Shown here: positions 49,901-51,710 of the stretch, piece after piece | Layout of the letters: each line of letters starts with the position of its first letter | Position numbering within the stretch: position 1 is the stretch's first letter | IMG/VR virus record: IMGVR_UViG_3300002091_000003 | DNA: 51,710 nucleotides | Origin: a virus | Strand: one strand, 5' to 3' | Program-made: the position numbers and the translations under genes | Notes under the pieces: generated by a model | The model's database searches: none | The model's input: only the letters and a program-made list of their open reading frames with translations | What the model was told of the DNA's origin: nothing

Positions 49901-51710
49901 TCGCCTTGAGTGCGTAGCAGAGTTTCCTCTGGGCTTGTGATTTGAACGGCATTTGGTTTTTCGGTTGATTGTTTTAATGGCTTATCCAAAAACTCTTCTT
50001 TGTATTTTTCTGGGTTTTCTAAAATTGATTTAAGATCATTTAAATTATTTCTAGCATCATCCCATCTTTGTTCTCCAACAGCAATTGCTGCTTCTTTTGC
50101 AAGCCTTTGGGGTTCATTGAAGGTTTCTAATTTTCTATGCTCGTCTGCATATTTCTGGAATTTTTCAGAAAAGTCAGGTTTTTGAGAAGGCTCTTTGAGA
50201 TCAGCAGATAATGTCCTTGGATTTAACCATCTTAATGCTTTTTCTATTTTAATCAGAGCCTCATCCCTTCCATAATCAAAACCCATTTTTTGAACTTTCT
50301 GATTCATCCTGTGCTGAAGATCACCAACTTGTTCAGCTATCATTTGAGGGATACTAGACCCAAGGTTTCTCATTGCCCTTTCTGGCTCTCCTCTTTGTTG
50401 ATCTGCTAAATCTTCATATTTTCCAGCCAAAGTTTCTTCTGGAGTTTTTGGAGTTTCAGCGGTTGGTTCTACAGCAGGGGTTTCTCTAGCACCCGATACA
50501 GCTTGTGGGGCTTGCTCGACTACTGAAGATTCCTGCTTTGGGGGCGCAAATCTCTCATCACCTTGAGGCTCCTCTGGTTTGGGTATCTCTAACTCAATAA
50601 GTTCACCCCTACGCAATGCCGCCATTTGAGCAGCAATAGTTCCAGCTTTCTGTTGGAGTCCCTCTATCGCTGGATCATTTTCTGGTAACGCTTGCAGATT
50701 GTCGCTGACTTCTTTTAGCTGACCAGTAAGGACTTGGAATTGTTGATTTGATTTCTCTTGATCAACAGAAGAAAACTGTTTATCAGCATTATCTGATATT
50801 GCATTTTGCTTTTCATTAACTGCTGGATTGTCAGAAGGGTCAAGCCTTGGGGCTGCATTCGGGGAATGAATAGCACCAAATGTTCCCGTCATTAATGCCA
50901 TAGGAATAGCTTGAATAGCCATATCCTTAAACTCACTAGGTACATATGGTTTTCCATTTATCCATGAATCAGTAACTTTTTGTTGCTCATTAATTGGCAA
51001 TCCAGTAACAAATCCATACGCTCCCTGCTCAAGGAATCTTGCAAGTGGATTAGCAATTTTGCTCCTCATGGCAAGAGGGATGGCTCCAGTTACAGCAGTA
51101 GCCGTTGCGGAAGCAATGCCTTTAGCAGTTTGAGTAATAGGGTTATCGCCCTGTTCTGCTGATTGTTGAACTGTTTCAGCACCCGCTTGAGTAGCCATAG
51201 GAAGCATTGCTTGAATGCTTTGCTTTATATTGGGCATCAATGGTTTGACTACTTGAAATGCATCTTGTGCAGCAGCCTGTTCTGCACCAATAGAGCCTGT
51301 CATTGCCATATATGGAAGCTGTGATACCATTTCCCCAACAGGCTGACCAATTTGACCTCCAATTGTTAGTTCTTCAGTGGGCTTTATTGCTTCTGCTTCT
51401 ACACCAGGTTTACCTAATCCAGTAGAATGAACTGCATTAATATAACGATTATAAATATCACTATTAACACCAAATGCTTGAAGTGTCTTATCTTCTAGAT
51501 AAGGGAATATTCCAAGTCCCCGTGCCATCAGTTCATTGGTTTTTGCTAGACCTCCTACCAATCCTCGTTTAGTAGCCTCTAAAAATCCAACTTGTCGCTT
51601 ATCTGATGGTTCTTCATCCATCATTTGCTGATAGATGTTTTTAGGCTGTGATTGTTGTTGCTCTTGCTTCAGAAGATCCGAATACACATTTGGCTTACTG
51701 GCAACTGTAG
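46963..51710 (-). CDS. giant virion protein (1,634 aa including the wrapped N-terminus), internal/ejection-protein candidate
   Basis: Open frame from 46963 to the window edge, continuing to the ATG at 258 through the circular junction. Follows two low-complexity proteins as in the T7 gp14-16 arrangement. No catalytic motif recognised. Confidence 0.6.
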   Translation of the reverse strand, partial: TVASKPNVYSDLLKQEQQQSQPKNIYQQMMDEEPSDKRQVGFLEATKRGLVGGLAKTNELMARGLGIFPYLEDKTLQAFGVNSDIYNRYINAVHSTGLGKPGVEAEAIKPTEELTIGGQIGQPVGEMVSQLPYMAMTGSIGAEQAAAQDAFQVVKPLMPNIKQSIQAMLPMATQAGAETVQQSAEQGDNPITQTAKGIASATATAVTGAIPLAMRSKIANPLARFLEQGAYGFVTGLPINEQQKVTDSWINGKPYVPSEFKDMAIQAIPMALMTGTFGAIHSPNAAPRLDPSDNPAVNEKQNAISDNADKQFSSVDQEKSNQQFQVLTGQLKEVSDNLQALPENDPAIEGLQQKAGTIAAQMAALRRGELIELEIPKPEEPQGDERFAPPKQESSVVEQAPQAVSGARETPAVEPTAETPKTPEETLAGKYEDLADQQRGEPERAMRNLGSSIPQMIAEQVGDLQHRMNQKVQKMGFDYGRDEALIKIEKALRWLNPRTLSADLKEPSQKPDFSEKFQKYADEHRKLETFNEPQRLAKEAAIAVGEQRWDDARNNLNDLKSILENPEKYKEEFLDKPLKQSTEKPNAVQITSPEETLLRTQGERPSAGVELPRVGEEVPKEAPSQGEAPKEEVKPEPKPTDTIPEGKEPKVEKPSEQVSRPVEVEPKRNLELQANEARDRIDARRREGRQNMGVDPENLADYAIIAAHHISRGIKTFTEFSKNMLEEFGNRIRPYLNKIWEAGKKAYKATSTGGGTFTEKASVTGAIRLPRSLGKKVEKAKEAAVFAYKSKPAKEAITVSRDAGETAAGIIATHAKNEINNQINRDFIGNKNRGNARVALPFVVEAKGDINELNRMEQVLKNSTKADPDWQKKALSAIDFAKTNLAKLIPTADRVSKIFIQQAGEENANGINTPIMEAYFPHFQDLDNQMMFGKPGVSGGTGFRKMRVHDTFADSIAAGVDPKSLDGIDILQKRIDSGQKAIAYRTWIDSLKTTIDPNSGKPIVTKIPFVIRPNKSGYPQPANKLGYPQPPDGYHTEHLAGQNVAVKDGYEGVLKALDNPSWFSETIGGRLTTKAAGLGKGITLPLDTFHLGRVAINQAILKAAGLSTMQAPIPSYRKGATLLDHSIPELQRMIAKQEIPKKWATGLLENKRVLDLLVNQGFNVGRIADALHQDWIHNIPGIGDFNKWLFGQFQRGAMAEVGLLEFQRYSNAYKGLPEKQIARMVAKDLNTKFGSLGRQGLMKGKTIQDISRLVFLAPQWSEGLIRSELGALKQTGQAIADAATGKRLFAGVLARYTGGMIAAQFIANQIINYATRGTPTWDNPEEGIGAKMSAWIPDIISGGPGFFLNPLSLAAETTHVLMKGFERTGNYTDTLSSYLRSKGSTLAHPVADFVTGKTFLGKQIKPDQMLNQMIKDAVPQPIIAGTLYAAGKQAITGEPSEQFAGQYQKQIMSSFGIKPESAPSDESRIYTIARHFRAENNIEDRQAATESPYRDLNHALNIGNKPEAKAAMEVLLKTKTGEQIAKYYSKSYSTMNMFQSKAQQKEFVDSLNDEQRSTYEKAREKRKDISISARDILQEMK
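51610..51710. repeat. second copy of the 101-bp terminal repeat
   Basis: Identical to 1..101. Confidence 0.95.

Noticed and set aside
1-51710. A search for a lysogeny module (integrase, CI/Cro-like switch), reverse transcriptase/DGR, or toxin-type defence systems.
   Set aside because: No ORF shows tyrosine- or serine-recombinase, RT (YxDD) or recognisable defence-system motifs by eye. Their absence is noted, but it rests on visual inspection only.

Overview
The window is a complete, circularly closed genome of a tailed dsDNA phage. Bases 1-101 are identical to 51610-51710, and the junction lies inside a 1,634-aa ORF, so the unique length is 51,609 bp. The gene order is podovirus-like: I recognised no tape-measure, sheath or tube genes.

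Two arms diverge at about 24.58 kb and converge at about 46.37 kb.
- Minus-strand late arm (24547 down to 1, wrapping to 46370): Cys4 protein, portal, scaffold, an endonuclease-VII-type HNH, major capsid and head-proximal proteins. It continues with an embedded lysis cassette (holin, a lipobox plus C-terminal-TMD spanin-like protein, a 2-TMD protein, GH108 endolysin). It ends with five to six fibre/spike genes, tiny basic proteins, Gln/Asn-rich internal proteins and the giant protein.
- Plus-strand arm (24603 to 46366): TerL, HNH genes, a metallophosphoesterase, small metal-binding proteins, tRNA-Gln(UUG), an ArdC-like protein and about 25 small early ORFs. It ends with a recombination module (RecT/Bet-like, Cas4-like exonuclease, a protein with an SSB-type DDDLPF tail, two nuclease-fold proteins) and a PP-loop ATPase.
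- A minus-strand island (31867-33713) sits inside the plus arm. It carries TerS, a ferritin-like protein and a DUF1003 membrane protein, and is flanked by two roughly 0.6-kb repeat-rich non-coding regions.

I recognised no DNA or RNA polymerase, primase/helicase, integrase, reverse transcriptase or CRISPR array. All functional calls come from motif and architecture recognition by eye; none is database-verified.

No single region stands out as a clearly new system. The most second-look-worthy items are:
1. The lysis cassette with a unimolecular-spanin-like protein, embedded between head and tail genes.
2. A family of seven conserved intergenic stem-loops plus duplicated 27-nt strong-SD leaders in an otherwise SD-poor genome.
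3. The displaced TerS island with a DUF1003 membrane protein and 20-mer repeats.
4. The tRNA-Gln / HNH / tRNA-3'-end-fragment locus, in a genome with no integrase.
5. The modular receptor-binding set sharing an N-terminal anchor motif.
6. The degenerate PP-loop ATPase pair.
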